A stretch of DNA of 64,000 nucleotides from Torpedo marmorata (Eukaryota). The stretch covers positions 144,894,001-144,958,000 of the forward strand of contig OZ360220.1 of NCBI GenBank assembly GCA_977017645.1, written 5' to 3'. Both the position numbers and the translations under genes were made by a program. Of the stretch, positions 38,214-51,755 are shown in pieces; position 1 is the stretch's first letter; every line of letters begins with the position of its first letter. The notes under the pieces were generated by a model. It did not search any database. It was not told where the DNA came from and saw only the letters and a list, made by a program, of their open reading frames with translations.

Positions 38214-41076
38214 TGTAGCATGAGCTACACAGAATTCTGAAGAACAACACACAGTCGGTGGGTTGCAAGCAAGTCTGTTTAATCGGTCTCGCAGCCCTGG
38301 CTTTTACGCAGGGCTGTGAGCTTAATTGCTGTCGTTTACATGACCATTTCCGCTTAATCGCTGTCGTCTACATGACAATAGAAGCTGTACATTACAATGG
38401 GAACTTTCCGCGTGCGGGTAGGGGAGTTGCGCCATGGCGTGTGATCCTATGGCCCAGGAAGTCAATTGTAGAGAGGCCGAACTGGCATTTTGCCAGGTTG
38501 ACTGTAAGGCCGAATTGGTTTAGGCGGTTGAACAGCTGGTGGAGGTGTGCTATGTGCTCCTGGCGGGTTTTACTGGCGATAAGTATATCATCCAAGTAAA
38601 TGAAAAGAAAGTCCAAATCCCGCCCTACCGCATCCATTAAACGTTGGAAGGTTTGGGCCGCGTTCTTTAGCCCAAATGGCATGCGGAGGAATTCGAACAG
38701 GCTGTTTTGGGCACATCCTCCGGTAGCACGGGGATTTGGTGATAACCTCGGATGAGGTCAACCTTTGAGAATATAGTCGCCCCATGCAGGTTGGTGGCGA
38801 AGTCCTGAATGTGGGGTACAGGGTAGCGGTCGGGAGTGGTGGTTTCATTAAGCCTGCGGTAATCACCGCATGGCCTCCACCCGCTGGATGCTTTGGCCAC
38901 CATGTGCAGTGGGCTTGCCCAGGGACTATCGGAGAGTCTGATTATCACTAAGGCCTCCATCCTGCTAAACTGCTCTTTGGCTAAGTCGAAGTTTATCCGG
39001 GGGCAAGCGGCGTGCGCGGGCGTGGAGCGGTGGGCGCTGGGTGGTGATGTGGTGCCTGACGCCGTGCTTGGGCATCTCTGCCGTGAACTTGGGGTCGGAA
39101 ATCGACAGGAAATCAGCGAGCAAGCGGGTGAAATCGTCCTCTGGCTGCGCTACGGAGCTCAGCTGGGTGGAGTGGTGATTGGATTCTTGCAGGGCAAAGG
39201 ATTGGAAGGTCCGTGCGTGGACCAGCCGCTTACCCTGCAGGTCTACCAGTAAGCTGTGTGCCCTGAGGAAGTCGGCACCTAGGATGGGCATCCAGACGCT
39301 TGTGAGCATGAACTCCCACGAGAAATGGCTGTCGCCGAACCGGAGGTATGCCGTCCTCGGGACGAATGTCGGAATGGAGCTGCCGTTGGCGGCCTGCAGC
39401 GCGTGTCCCTGTGACCAGGTCCTGGTTTCGTACGGTGTCGGGGGAATAATGCTGATTTCGGATCCTGTGTCCACGAGGAACCGCCGTCTGGAATTCTTGT
39501 CCCTGACGTACAGTAGGCTGTCTCTGTGGCCAGCCGTCGTAGCCACTAGCGACGGCTGGCCTTGTTGTTTCCCGGAAACTTGCAGGGGTACCTGCACCGG
39601 CGGGCCTTCGGGCCCCAACGATGGTGGTAGAAACACCAATCGAGGTTGGCGTCGTCGCTGCTGCTACAGTGGGCTGTGCGTTCGGTGGGACGAGCAGGGT
39701 TGGGGTGTTGGGTTTTTGGTTTGACCACTTGGTCGACCATTGTCTGACTCACACTTCCTGCTTCCCAGAGAGTGTCCGCTCGAGTTGCCACTGTCATGGG
39801 CATGGAGAAATCCGCCAATGCGAGTGCCAGGCGCACGTTGAGTGGCATCATCTCTAAGAAAACCTGCTCGAAGAAAAGGCACGTGTGGCCTCCTGTGAGG
39901 GCCAGCATCTCGTCCACGAGCTGTGAAGGCAATCTGTCTCCCAGCCCGTCCAGCCGCAGCAAGCGGGCACCCTGCTCCCGTCGCGAAAGCCCAAAAGTGT
40001 TCATCAACAGGGCTTTGAAAGTGGGGTATTTACCCTCCTCCGGTGGTCGGTGCAGGAAATCTTCCACCCGTGCGGCTGCGTCCTCTCCGAGTGAGCTGAC
40101 CACATGGTAGTACTTGGTGGCATCTCCGGTGATGCTGCGGAGTGCAAACTGTGCTTCTGCCTGATCGAACCACACATGGGGTCGGGGGGTCCAGAAGGTC
40201 GCAGCTTGACGGCGACTGCGCTGATGGCCGTGGAGTCGGTCATTGTAGGTCCAAATTCGTTTGGACTTGTCGGGGTCACCAATGTAGCGTGAGCTATACA
40301 GAATTCTGAAGAACAACACTCAGTCGGTGGGTTGCAAGCAAGACTGTTTAATCGGGTCTCGCAGCCCTGGCTTTTACGCAGGGCTGCAAGTTTAATTGCT
40401 GTCGTTTACATGACCATTGCTGCTTAATCGCTGTCGTCTACACGACAATGGAAGCTGTACATTACAATGGGAACTTTCCGCGTGCGGGTCTCCTGTCCTT
40501 CTTCTCCCGGTTGAAGGAGGGGGGGGGTGGTCGGTGCCATCTTTGCGTCAGCCCCTGCTGTTGCCACGTGTACTTGCGCGGTCGCCATTGCGGGCAGTGG
40601 TTCGCTTGCCCAGAGTGGGTACCGCTACACAACCCCCCCCCAGAACCGGTGTTAGAGTCTCTTGGTTGTTTGGGAGGCCGGCCCCTGCGTCTGGGTGCCT
40701 GCAGTTCAATAGGTTGAGTTAAGTCCATGTGTGCTGGTTTTAAACAGTCTGTTGTGAAACATTCTTCTTTACCCCCAATGTCCAATATGAAGGTGGAGCC
40801 GTTATTTTTAACTACCCAGAAAGGGCCTTCGTAAGGCTGTTGTAGTGGTGCCCTGTGTGGTCCCCTTCTGACGAACACATACTCACAGCTCCGCAGGTTG
40901 TTGGGGATGCGCTCGGGCCACTGTCCATGTTGTGACGTGGGGATCGGTGCTAGGTTGCCGAGTTGCTCGCGGAGTCTGTTGAACATCTCTGCTGTGCTGG
41001 CATCTTGCCCCCTTGGGGCGGGTAGGAATTCCCCTGGTACCCATTGGTTCACTTGCCCAGAGCGGGTACCACTACA
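38214..41076 (-). mobile_element. Gypsy/Ty3 LTR retrotransposon, rearranged (partial LTR, IN end, PPT, full LTR, PBS, gag, protease, RT part, partial LTR)
   Basis: TG..CA termini with CCTC TSD; full LTR 40283-40629; tRNA-Trp PBS TGGTGACCCCGAC; gag with CFYHHRWGPKARRCRYPC; protease FLVDTGS; [10 protein letters not shown] and YLDD; integrase PYEGPF. Confidence 0.95.
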
Positions 41077-42437
41077 CCTCCACACTTCAGTAACACTTGA
41101 GACATTTTCTTCCCCACCCCTTGGCCTCAACTTGTAGCTTCGAAATACTACGGTGGACACTCCTTCTTGACCACTTACTATGGGCTGCGCACTTGTAATT
41201 GACTAGCTCCATCATTGTGGAATATGGGTCTGAGCAAGCGTATAATGACACCAAGAACTGAGGTCATTCTGATCAAATCAATGACAACAGATATAGGGAG
41301 CATGGATATGAGACCTGTTGGTAATAGCTGCTCCACTTTGTACATTACGATTTGCTCTTTTGACATCACTTACATTATAAAATCATACAATAACTTTAGA
41401 ACATAGAACATTACAGCGCAGTACAGGCTCTTCAGCCCACGATGTTGTGCTATTTATGCAAACCTACCCACAACAATCTAATTTTTCCCTACTTCACACG
41501 CGTAACCCTCCATTTTTCATATCCATGTGCCTATTCAAGAGTCTTTTAAATGTCCCTAACTTTCAGATCAAAGGTCATGCAAGAGCAACAGAAGGACACA
41601 GAACACCTTGTGCACTCTTTCATTTCAAAACAATATATGAAAATACATTTGATGAGCACTTTAATGTGATTCTCTGGGACTCAATTATAGCCTTGTTCCT
41701 GTGTGTTGTTCTCTTACATTCTGAACAATGGCCCAGGTGACAGGCTGGCAATTGATTGGTTGCTTAATCACCTTATTAGAAAGGTCCAGGTCAGTAATTA
41801 GCAGCTGTGAGAGTGTAGAGTACTGACAGACCTCATCAAATTCACACACACACACACCTGCAATTAGACCATAGATCTCTGTGATAAACAAGTCATTCGG
41901 TGTGTTGGGCATCAGGAGGTGAATCTTGAAAGAGGGAACAAATTGTGCTCCTTGTTTTAGTTTTGCATTATTAGAGAGTTTAATGCAATTGCGAAATGAT
42001 ATTGATTTAATGTACCTCCTCAGTTTTGCAGGTCATCGGATTTCCAGTTAAATTCTGAAGTAGAGTCTGAGACCTTCCCTTGCCTCCAGCCAATGGGATT
42101 CACGTCTCCAGGCAAGGCAGCAAGGAAAAAGTAAACTGGGGAAATGGTACACAGAGATCGTGGCACTAGCTTCAAGAGTGGCCAGTGACAGTCTTAAACC
42201 TCAATGGGATTAACTAACCAAGCACCCAAAATTTCAGTTGCACATCATGTATGCATATGTCGATCAGTTTGCAATGGACAAGCAAGAAAACAGAGCAAAT
42301 TAAGTATTAATTTTTTTAAAATTTAGACATACAGCATGGTAATAGGCCCTTACGGCCCATGAGTTGTCCAAAAACCCCAATTAACCTCCAACCCCTGTAC
42401 GTTTTTGAATTATTTTGCACCAATTAATAATTAATTG

Positions 42438-42798
42438 AGACAAATATCATTTCTTTTTGAAAATTTGGAGCCCATATATGAGAATTATGGGTATGAATTA
42501 ATTCTCTAAAAGTTAGTACCGCTGACAAAAGTATCCTCCATATATAAATAGAGTTAGTCTGAAATAGTTTTCTCCTCATACTAACTCTCTTAATTTTATT
42601 TCTCATTCTATTTCTTTCCTTTTAACTAACATTTCTATATATTCTTTTTTTTTCTCTTTATTAGAATAGTGTGGGAGGGCTAGGGAGGGGAGGGAGGGAA
42701 GGGGGGTTGGTAAAAATATCACATGTATTTTGATAATATATTATTTTGAATATGTATTTTGTGATTTTAAAAATTAAATAAAAATTAAAAAAAATAAA
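42438..42798 (+). mobile_element. Short L1-type insertion with A-rich tail and 12-bp TSD
   Basis: AATAATTAATTG at 42426-42437 and 42799-42810; KIWSPY ORF end, G-rich tract, AATAAA and A tail. Confidence 0.8.
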
Positions 42799-43153
42799 AA
42801 TAATTAATTGCTGCAAAATAAGTGCTTCACATTCTTAAAAATAATTTAATATCATGTTAAAACCATGAAATATTTCTCCATCTGGAGGCCATCTCACCTG
42901 CTGAACACTTCCAGCGTTTTCTACTATCATTTCATCTCTAACCATTTATGGATTGTTCAGATGAGTTTGAAAAATGCATGTTGGTAATCCCTCTCCACAG
43001 TTGCCTCCTTCACTGATGGGTCACTTAAGAATAATGACACAACAGCTTTCTGTGGAAGTCACTCATCTGTTAATTTGCTCAATTGGTTAACATTAAATAG
43101 GCAAAGCACAGAAGGATACAGACCCAATGGAGGCGAATGGGATTAATGTTGAA

Positions 43154-43521
43154 CAGTGGTTTTCAAACTTTTTCTTTCCACTCACATACCACCTTAAGTA
43201 ATCCCTGTGCCATAGGTGTTCTGTAAGGGATTACTTAAGGTGGTATGTGAGTGGAAAGAAAAAGTTTGAAAATCACTATTTTAATTGTACCTAATTGACT
43301 CGTTATGTGCACGGTTTCATAACTCCAAAGGAAATGGGCCAATGACAATTTTTCTCAAGCAAAATATTTCAGTAACAATTGGGTCGAGAGCAGTGGTTCT
43401 CAACCTTTTTTCCCCACTCACATACCACTTTAAGTAATCCCTTACTAATCACAGAGCACCTATGGCATAGGGATTACTTAAGGTGGAATGTGAGTGGAAA
43501 GAAAAAAATTGAAAACCGCTG
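43154..43521 (+). mobile_element. Composite hAT/Charlie-type MITE (two palindromic modules around a core)
   Basis: CAGTGGTTYTCAA TIRs; 8-bp TSD ATGTTGAA/ATGTAGAA; inserted in a CR1 3' UTR remnant. Confidence 0.85.
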
Positions 43522-43830
43522 ATGTAGAAGGATGTCAAGGTCATGGTGGGCCAAAGGGCTTGTTTCTGTGCTATACAACTCTACGACTATAATTCATATT
43601 TAATTGTTTATTCCCATAGCAGTAGAAGTCATTAAACTGCAAAATGTAATGACAGACAATTTATTAATTCAAGGGGGTAGAAAGGTGTGTGTTTTCACTT
43701 CCTGAATCTCTACTTTCTATCCTTAGTGGTAAATGAATAAACACACTGGAAAGGAAACAATAGTTCCACATAATATTATTGAAGCAAAATGCTAACTCAC
43801 CACTTTAAGAAGCTGACAATGCCTTTAGAA

Positions 43831-43980
43831 CAGTGATTCTCAACCTTTGTTTTCCACTCACATACCACCTTAAGTAATCCCTTACTAACCACAGAGCGCC
43901 TATGGCATAGGTGCTCTGTGGTTAGTAAGAGATTACTTAAGGTGGTATGTGAGTGGGAACAAAAAGTTTGAGAACCACTG
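43831..43980. mobile_element. 150-bp hAT/Charlie-type MITE
   Basis: Near-perfect palindrome with CAGTG..CACTG ends and a perfect CTTTAGAA TSD. Confidence 0.93.
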
Positions 43981-44077
43981 CTTTAGAACATCTTAGTCCA
44001 CCAAAATAGCACTTTCTAATTACTTTCACTTGAGAGAGGCAAAGGTCACTCATGGGAGAGGATTTGTTGACATATCA

Positions 44078-44595
44078 TCGCAGATTTCAGATTTATTGTC
44101 AGAGTACATACATGACATCACATACAACCTTGAGATTCTTTTTCCTGCAGGCAAGGCAGAATTACCACTTATTGGTAGTACAAAAAAACTGCACTCAACG
44201 TACACATGTAAACAAATAAAGAAGTGTAAACAAACTGACTGCAAATCAGACATAAAAAATAAAGTGCAAAAGTAAAGAGTCCTTAAATCGCTGATTAAAT
44301 ATGTGGTTGAGGAGTCTGATGGTGGAGGGGTAGCAGCTGTTCCTGAATCTTGTGGCACCTATACCTCTTTCCTGATGGCAGCAGCGAGAACACAGCCTGT
44401 GCTGGGTGATGTGGATCCTTAATGATTGATGCTGCTCTCTGACAGCAGCGTTCCCTGTAGATGTTCTCAATGGCGGGGAGGGTTTTGCCTGTGATGTCCT
44501 GGGCGGTGTCCACTACCTTTTGCAGGGCTTTACATTCAGGGGTATTGGTGTCCCCATGCCAGACTGTGTTTCAGCTGGTCAGCACACATTCCAAA
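44078..44595 (-). mobile_element. Rex1-like LINE 3' fragment
   Basis: AASIIKDPHHPAQAVFSLLPSGKRYR; AATAAATCTGAAATCTG tail. Confidence 0.88.
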
Positions 44596-47500
44596 ACAGC
44601 ACACTCTCCACCAATTGTTTCAGTGTACAGTTTGGATTAGTAAGGGTGTCAAAGGTTATGGGGAAAAGATAGGAGAATAGGGTTCAGAGGAATAATAGAT
44701 CAGCCATGATTCGAATCACAGAGCAGATTCGATGGGCTGAATAGACTAATTCTGCTCTATAGTTTGAACTTCCCACCCCCACACCCAATGAATGGTTTGA
44801 CTGAAAAATCGCTCCTCCAAACGCCAAGTTACAAGCTCAATTAAAATCCTACAAAAATCAGGTTAGAATTTTGTTCAGTATAGAAATAGTTACTGGCCAT
44901 CACAGGGTTAAAGGCAACAGCAAACTGTGTAATCCTGTAATACATTGGTGTCCCTTCTTGTTATGGAGCATCCCACTGCACTAACAACAGTCAGTGCATT
45001 ATTACCGAGGATCAAAGCCCCCAACCCTGTCTCACATGCTCTTTATCAGTTAATCACTCTATTCATCTCTGAATAATCACCCTGCTAAATCCTCTCCCCA
45101 TCTCCCAGCACATGGGTATTTGATTCCTGATGGCCATCTGCCGGTAAGGGTCAAGCAACAGAATACAGCCTCTTGCCCCAGTGGTTTCTCTAGGGAAGTC
45201 TAGTCCGTCAGCACTTTCTTCTCAACATTACAGACACATTTGTAAATGCTGCAAGTGAATTAAACTTAAAAGACAATCAAGGAATCAAGGCGATGTCACC
45301 TTGTGAAATTGGTGAAACTGCATTTGGTCTAATTGTTGTCACCATTACAATCATCTATTTGGGATAATTTGTTTTTAGTTGTTTACTTATTTATATGACA
45401 GATTAAGCTATCAACATACAGTAGTCAATTCACTGATTCAGGGTACTGAACCAATACGTTGTCCATTTTTACAAATACAATTTCTTAGCAGTAGTATCAC
45501 TGTTTGGTTACATGGCTGTGCCAAATAATTGTTTACTGTTTTAATATTGTCACAAATCTTTTAATTTGCATTTCATTACATGGCACAACAGATTTTCAAT
45601 TGCAGTGTGACCTACCACACAGCAACAAAACTACATTGACCAAGCTTTTAAAGCCGAAACTTTGCACATTAATTTCACAAGTCATTTCTTCTTCTATTCT
45701 TCCTGCAGGTCCTGACTCTTTTCCCAAGTCTCTTGACTAAAATGAGATTCTCACCATCTTTCTAGTTCAAATACCACACAAGGACTTAATTGGTCCCACT
45801 TACAAGTGGAAAAGGAATGCAAAGTCAGTATTTTTCAATTACTACCAGTAGATACCACTAGCAGAATCTATAAATAGTGACATCAAAAGGGTGAATATAG
45901 ATATTACATAGCCTTGCGCTGTTTTCCCAAAAATGTTTCTCAGGAAACATATACCAAGGTCAAAATGCTCAAGAATTTCAGCATTCACCATGGATTTTAT
46001 TTCTGTAATGAGTGTTACATTACTGGCTTGTAACTTGACATATTGCACTCACATTTAAAAAAAACAAGGTGCCATCATTTATATCTTTATGGAAAACTAG
46101 AAAATTGGAAAACCCCGTGATGGGGCCTTTCCCAAAACATGCAGATCCCTCACCCATGAAAAATGAAATCAAGTCGTGGGCCATTACCAGAGCATGATGC
46201 TGCCTTACTTTGCCATGCTTTCACTTTTAAATGTGATTATGGGATAACTGGGCAGTAAAAGCTGCGGGGTCTGCATGGCTGTCATCCGCACTGTTTTATG
46301 GACAGATGAGAGGCATACTTCCCCTGTGGCCCATGTTGTGGCATTGGTCACTGCTTTCTCCTAAGGCAGAGATGAGAATTCCCACAACTCATCCAATACA
46401 GAAGTAAATCTCAGATTCAACTTTTGGTGTCTGTTGCCACAGTTATGCCAAATTCAGTGTACTGAATTAAGAAAACAATTTTCTCAAAATACAACACATG
46501 ATACAGCAAAATGACAGACCCAATCTAATTACATTAATATTGTTTAGTAACTGTTGGCAATTTCATTGGTTTAACTTGTTTCATAGTGAATAGGAACTTT
46601 TAAAGATTGTGTATAGCATAAATACTGAGACCTTGCCATAGATGTTATTTCTTATCAAAAACATCGTAGAATGGTGGCAAAAATGGGAAATGTTAGAATA
46701 TTTATCTCTGTACTTGAAGGAGGAAAAGCTGAATTGATACAAAGTTAATAAAGCTAGGCCCCAAACGCAGTGCCAGTCAGAGCACAACAGCCATGAAAGT
46801 TGAAAGAAAGGCAGCTACATGAGAAAATGGTGTCCCACTGTTCTTGTTGTAAAGATTATAGAATAACCCCTTGGGGATCTCTGCAGACAGACAGCAGCAC
46901 GAGAAGCTAAATACAATCTGATCAGCTGAATGGGAGCCAGTTGGTTGCTTACATGAGGAGCAACCACACTAAGCCACATTTGTTTTGTTCTTGTCGTCCA
47001 CTTTTGATCACAGATTTGTGCGCCTTGCTGGCTCTTTGCTACAAGTTTTTGTTCAATACAATCTGGACCACCTACTTCTCCACATCTTGTTCTAAATTCA
47101 GCAGGTAGGAAGGAGGTGCAATTCGAGTGGAGCAACATTTACAATGGTATTCCTCCCACCAAATTAATCAAGAATTAGTTAAATGTCCTAGAGTCAGTTT
47201 ATAACACCAAACATTGGTGGAGCTTGAAATCTGCTTGTTGTTTCAATGCTGGATGCCAGGCACCCTCGACTATGTGACTGGACAGTTCAAAATTATATGT
47301 ACAAGGACCCTAATTAAGATAGATAATTTATTTGAGAGAAGTTCAAATAAAATTAAAATGCTAAAATTTAGATGATTGAGCTGAACCAATGTGTAAAGCA
47401 AACAATGTGTAAAGAAAAATGTTATCTAACAGCTGGTTCACAACTGCACTGAGAACGTTACACAACTTTCTACAGAATATTACATGTCTGGTTTAACTCA

Positions 47501-50500
47501 TTAAGTCTGCACTGGTTATTTTATGATAAGTAACCCAGTTTAATCTGAGTCTCTTGCTTAGTTCCTGTTTCCTCTATTATTATTAAGCAGTGAGCCAATT
47601 CCCCTCGAATGTACCAATGGACTCTGCCACAACAACTGTTGGGGTAAAGGATACCACATTTTCACTATCCTTTGTATAAAGTTTTTTCTAATCTCCATCA
47701 ATTCTCCTTTGATTTTTTTTCCCATTTATGACTACATTTTACTCTTTTGCTGAACAGTAATAATTATTACTTACCTGATCAGAACACATCAGTTTTGCTA
47801 ACATATTCAGTTCCAGAGAAAAAGCCTCAGTTTCTCAAATACATATCTCAATCCCTGCTAACATCCAAGGAATATGCTCTGCTGCTTTTCCAATCTTTCA
47901 CATTATTCCCATGATATGGTATCTAAAACTATACACACTATAAGGCTGCAAAACGGGTTGCATATTCAATAAAATGTGTTTGCTTTGATTTTCCCTGCCC
48001 TGAGATTCAAAACCAACGATCTTGTTTGACCATGCCATAACCTCATATGCCCTCACTTATATCCATAATAACTCGTGCATCTACTAGCCAAATTCCTGCA
48101 ATTCACTTTCCTATTAATCTATTTCCATTTGAGCTGAACCTTGTTTTCCTTATAAAGAATAAATATTAAAATAAATATTCCAAATATATAAAAAATATAC
48201 ATTGGTTAAGTACATTAAGTGGCATTTGCCACCTCATTGCCTATCTTAGTAGGATTTTTTTATATTCTTTTCCAGTCGCTCAACAGTTCTCATCATGTCA
48301 CAAAGTGCTTTGTGGAAGAGGTATTTGGGAGGATCCGTGAGTCAAAGTTGTGGGTTTCGAAGGTCAAAGCACAAGAGAAAAATGGAGAGACAGACAGATC
48401 TAGGGAAGGAATTCCAGTGTTGACCCCAAGTGACCAAAGGCATCACCAACAAAGGTAAAAATATGGCAAGAGGAAAGGGGCTATGACTAAGTAGCTGAAG
48501 AAATACATGCCGCCTTCATAAGTAGGATCTGGTGAGCTACTGGGTGACGTTACCTTAGAAAGTCATTGCCTAGGATGTGTAGGGGTGTGTGTAAAAAAAA
48601 TTACAGAAACATACTCATAACCAAACTGACAGTTTTCAAAATGAAAATTACTATGAATTAATAGGTCAAATAAACATAGGCCATTAAATGATTATAACAT
48701 CATCATTTACACACTAAGTTTCAAAGGAATGTAGTAAGATGTGATGTAGCAAGAATCACATGAAATAATTACACTAAAAGCATAAAACCAAATTCTTCAG
48801 CGATCAAGCTTCCAGTTAGTGAATGTACCCGTCTACTCCAAAGTAACAGCCACAGCAATACAAGAAAGTAACTAATTATAATACAACTCTGTCTGTTCGA
48901 CAAAAAGAGATTGGCCATAGTATGCCTACATTATCAGGGAATCCAAGAGAACTAAATGACACTGGTAGGTTTCACTCAAAAGAAGGAAGGCCAACTTGCC
49001 AGCTGACAAGAGCATCCTTGTCTAACAGGTGCTCAGTTTACACAAACCACTTATTGTTTATTGTACTAAGTAGCAGCTGTTTACTGCACCAGCTACTAAC
49101 CCTATCCCCCTCACCCCACTCCAATGCAATCTCCTGACACAGATGGAGTCAAGTGAGTGCTTTCAATTGGGTCAAGTTTAAATTGTTGTCTATTCTATTA
49201 ATTGCAGCACAAGCTGTGATCTGACACATTACTACAGGCATTACAGAGAATAATAAAGGTAGTTATTGTCAGTAAACAGACAGTTTTAAAATAGACCCTT
49301 TTAATTAACATTACTCTGTTTGACAAGGAGGATAGATCAGCAACTGGGGCTACACAAGAGTTTTGTCTTTTTGTTGCTAACACCTTTTGAATTCTGGCTT
49401 TGATTTCAACCATATTATGTTAGAAGCTACAGATAAATAAACACAAAGGATTTTATATGGTACGTTGGTTATATTTTTAGAGACAAATCTGGACTCCCTT
49501 ATTGAAAATTACCTTCAAAACTGCCCAAGGCAAAACGTTTGACGCATTACAATCTTCTGACAAAGCAGAAGATGCTCATAATTCAATTTAGTAATCCCCT
49601 ACCACTGCAGACTCCCTGTCATAACTCCCCTATTCAACCATCGTCTCTTCTTACATAATCCTCACCATCTCTAATTCTCCAGACACAATCCTTGTCTCTC
49701 CTGGCACAATCTTTGTCACCTCTGTCACTCCCAACATAACCCCTGTATCCTGATTCCCTACACCCCCCTTACTCAATGCCTCAAGGAACCTCAGAGACCC
49801 CTCAATCACTGCCACCCTTTTCTGCCCCCAAACACTAGGCAGTCTCCGACTTATCTGGCATCCGTTTTCATGCCCATCAGGTTGCCAGCCTGTCAATCTG
49901 GTTGCCCACTAGGCAGAAAACCTTCTGAGACCAGCTATAAGATCTCACACAGTTAATCTCAGCAGGGTGTCTGGGAACCCCACTTTTCCAAGTTCCCCAT
50001 CCATAACTCTTTCCGTCCAGTCTTTTCCCAGTCCTGATTAAATATTGAGGCCAATGGATCAAGCTGGGTATAATTTCATGGGTCTGAACACCTCTCCAGT
50101 CTCCTGCCTAAGTGCAAGTTTTTCAGGGCAACTAGGGATAGGCAATTAATGCTGGGTTTGCCAGCTCAGCTCCAATACAAGAATTAGTTTAAAACGTTTC
50201 TTGCATTTCCCAGTGTCCTGAAATGGCCTTAACTTAGTCACAAAGAACTGTGACCTTAGCGTTTGACAGAATTAATCATACCGTGGCTCTCTCCATTGTG
50301 AAGCATTGTAAGAATACCATTGCTTGTTTCCAGCTGTAACCCGAGTAACTCCAGTAAAGGTTTCTCTTTCTCCCTTTGTGGTGTGATTTTGAGTCTATGG
50401 AAGGATACTTTCACACTCTCTTGTAATCTCACTTCCAGGTTGTATCAATGCATTATCACTCACAGAAATTAGGTCAGTCTTACATGACCAATAACACTGA

Positions 50501-50928
50501 GTTTTGATCACTTTTACCAGTTCTTCATTTCCCAAAATGATTCTGCATGGTCAATCCTCATCTTTAATCTTGGATCTATTATTGTTTAATTCAATATTCA
50601 GAAAACTGTCACCATCATTTTCAACTTCCAATTTAACCTCCGACTTTAGCTAAAATCACATTATTTGCAAACTTTTAAATGCTATCTGTATGCCTGCTCA
50701 TTTTCTGAATGTTTCCTCTCTATCACAGTGACCTATTTCTACCTTTAGAATAATATTGATTCAAAGTGTCTGCTACTGAACCTCTCACACACCAGTCTCC
50801 TCGCATGGCTGATGGGCCTCTCATGCTCTAAATCATACAATTTAGCCCATTCAAAGCATCACTGCCCACAATCTTTCTCAATGAACATGGTTCGCAGTTT
50901 CTCAACATCTGAAATATAAAATTCTAAT

Positions 50929-51170
50929 TGGTTAGCGTAGCGGTTAGCGCAACGCCTTTACAGCGGCAGCGATCTGGACCGGGGTTTGAATCCCGCGCTG
51001 TCTTTAAGGAGTTTGTACGTTCTCCCTGTGTCTGCGTGGTTTTCTCTGGGGGGCTCCGGTTTCCTCCCACCGTTCAAAACGTACCAGGGGTGTAGGTTAA
51101 TTTGGCGGCACGGACTCATGGGCCGAAATAGCCTGATACCATGCTGTATGTCTAAATTTAAATTTTAAAA
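50929..51170 (+). mobile_element. tRNA-derived V-SINE (HE1-like)
   Basis: A box/B box head (AGCGGTTAGCG...GGTTTGAATCCC), V-domain-like GGAGTTTGTACGTTCTCCC...GCTCCGGTTTCCTCCCAC, CR1-like tail. Confidence 0.88.
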
Positions 51171-51464
51171 ATAAAAATTTAACCCTTTTGTTGCCCTCTT
51201 TCAGTGTTATAACCTCCTACAAGATTACAGTTCTTTGTCCCTACTCTATTCTTGGTTCTGGCTTCACCTCACCACAGATTATCATGTCCTGGAATTTCTT
51301 CCCATTCTCCTTGCAAAAGACTAACAAGGATATTTAAATATTAGAAGAAGAATGTAAAATCTGATATTTTGATGGACCGAAAGTCACGTGGGTTATCAAT
51401 AACAGAAGTGAAAGACAAGTGGGCTCTCCGTCTCTCAGAATAATTATTGTTTAATGGCACATCA

Positions 51465-51755
51465 GGAAAAACTGCTGCCTCACCGCAGTTCCAGCCACCC
51501 TGGCTCAATACTGAACTCGTGCTGTATGTGTGGAGTTTGTACATTCCTTGTGACTGTGTGGATTTACTTTGGGTGCTCTGAAGATGTGCGGGTTAGTGGA
51601 TTAATTGGCCACTGTAAATTTGGCCTGAGTGTGGGTGAGTGGTAAAATCTGGGAGATTTTGGGAACATGGAGAGAATGGGATCAATGCAGAAGAGTGCTT
51701 GATGCCCAGTGTAGATTCGGTGGGCCAAAGGACCACGTTTCATGCTGTACAACTC
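51465..51755 (+). mobile_element. Older V-SINE remnant
   Basis: GTGGAGTTTGTACATTC...GTTAGTGGATTAATTGGCCACTGTAAATT and CR1-like tail. Confidence 0.7.

Noticed and set aside
50929-51000. tRNA gene
   Set aside because: It is the tRNA-derived head of a SINE, continues into the SINE body, and shows no convincing cloverleaf.
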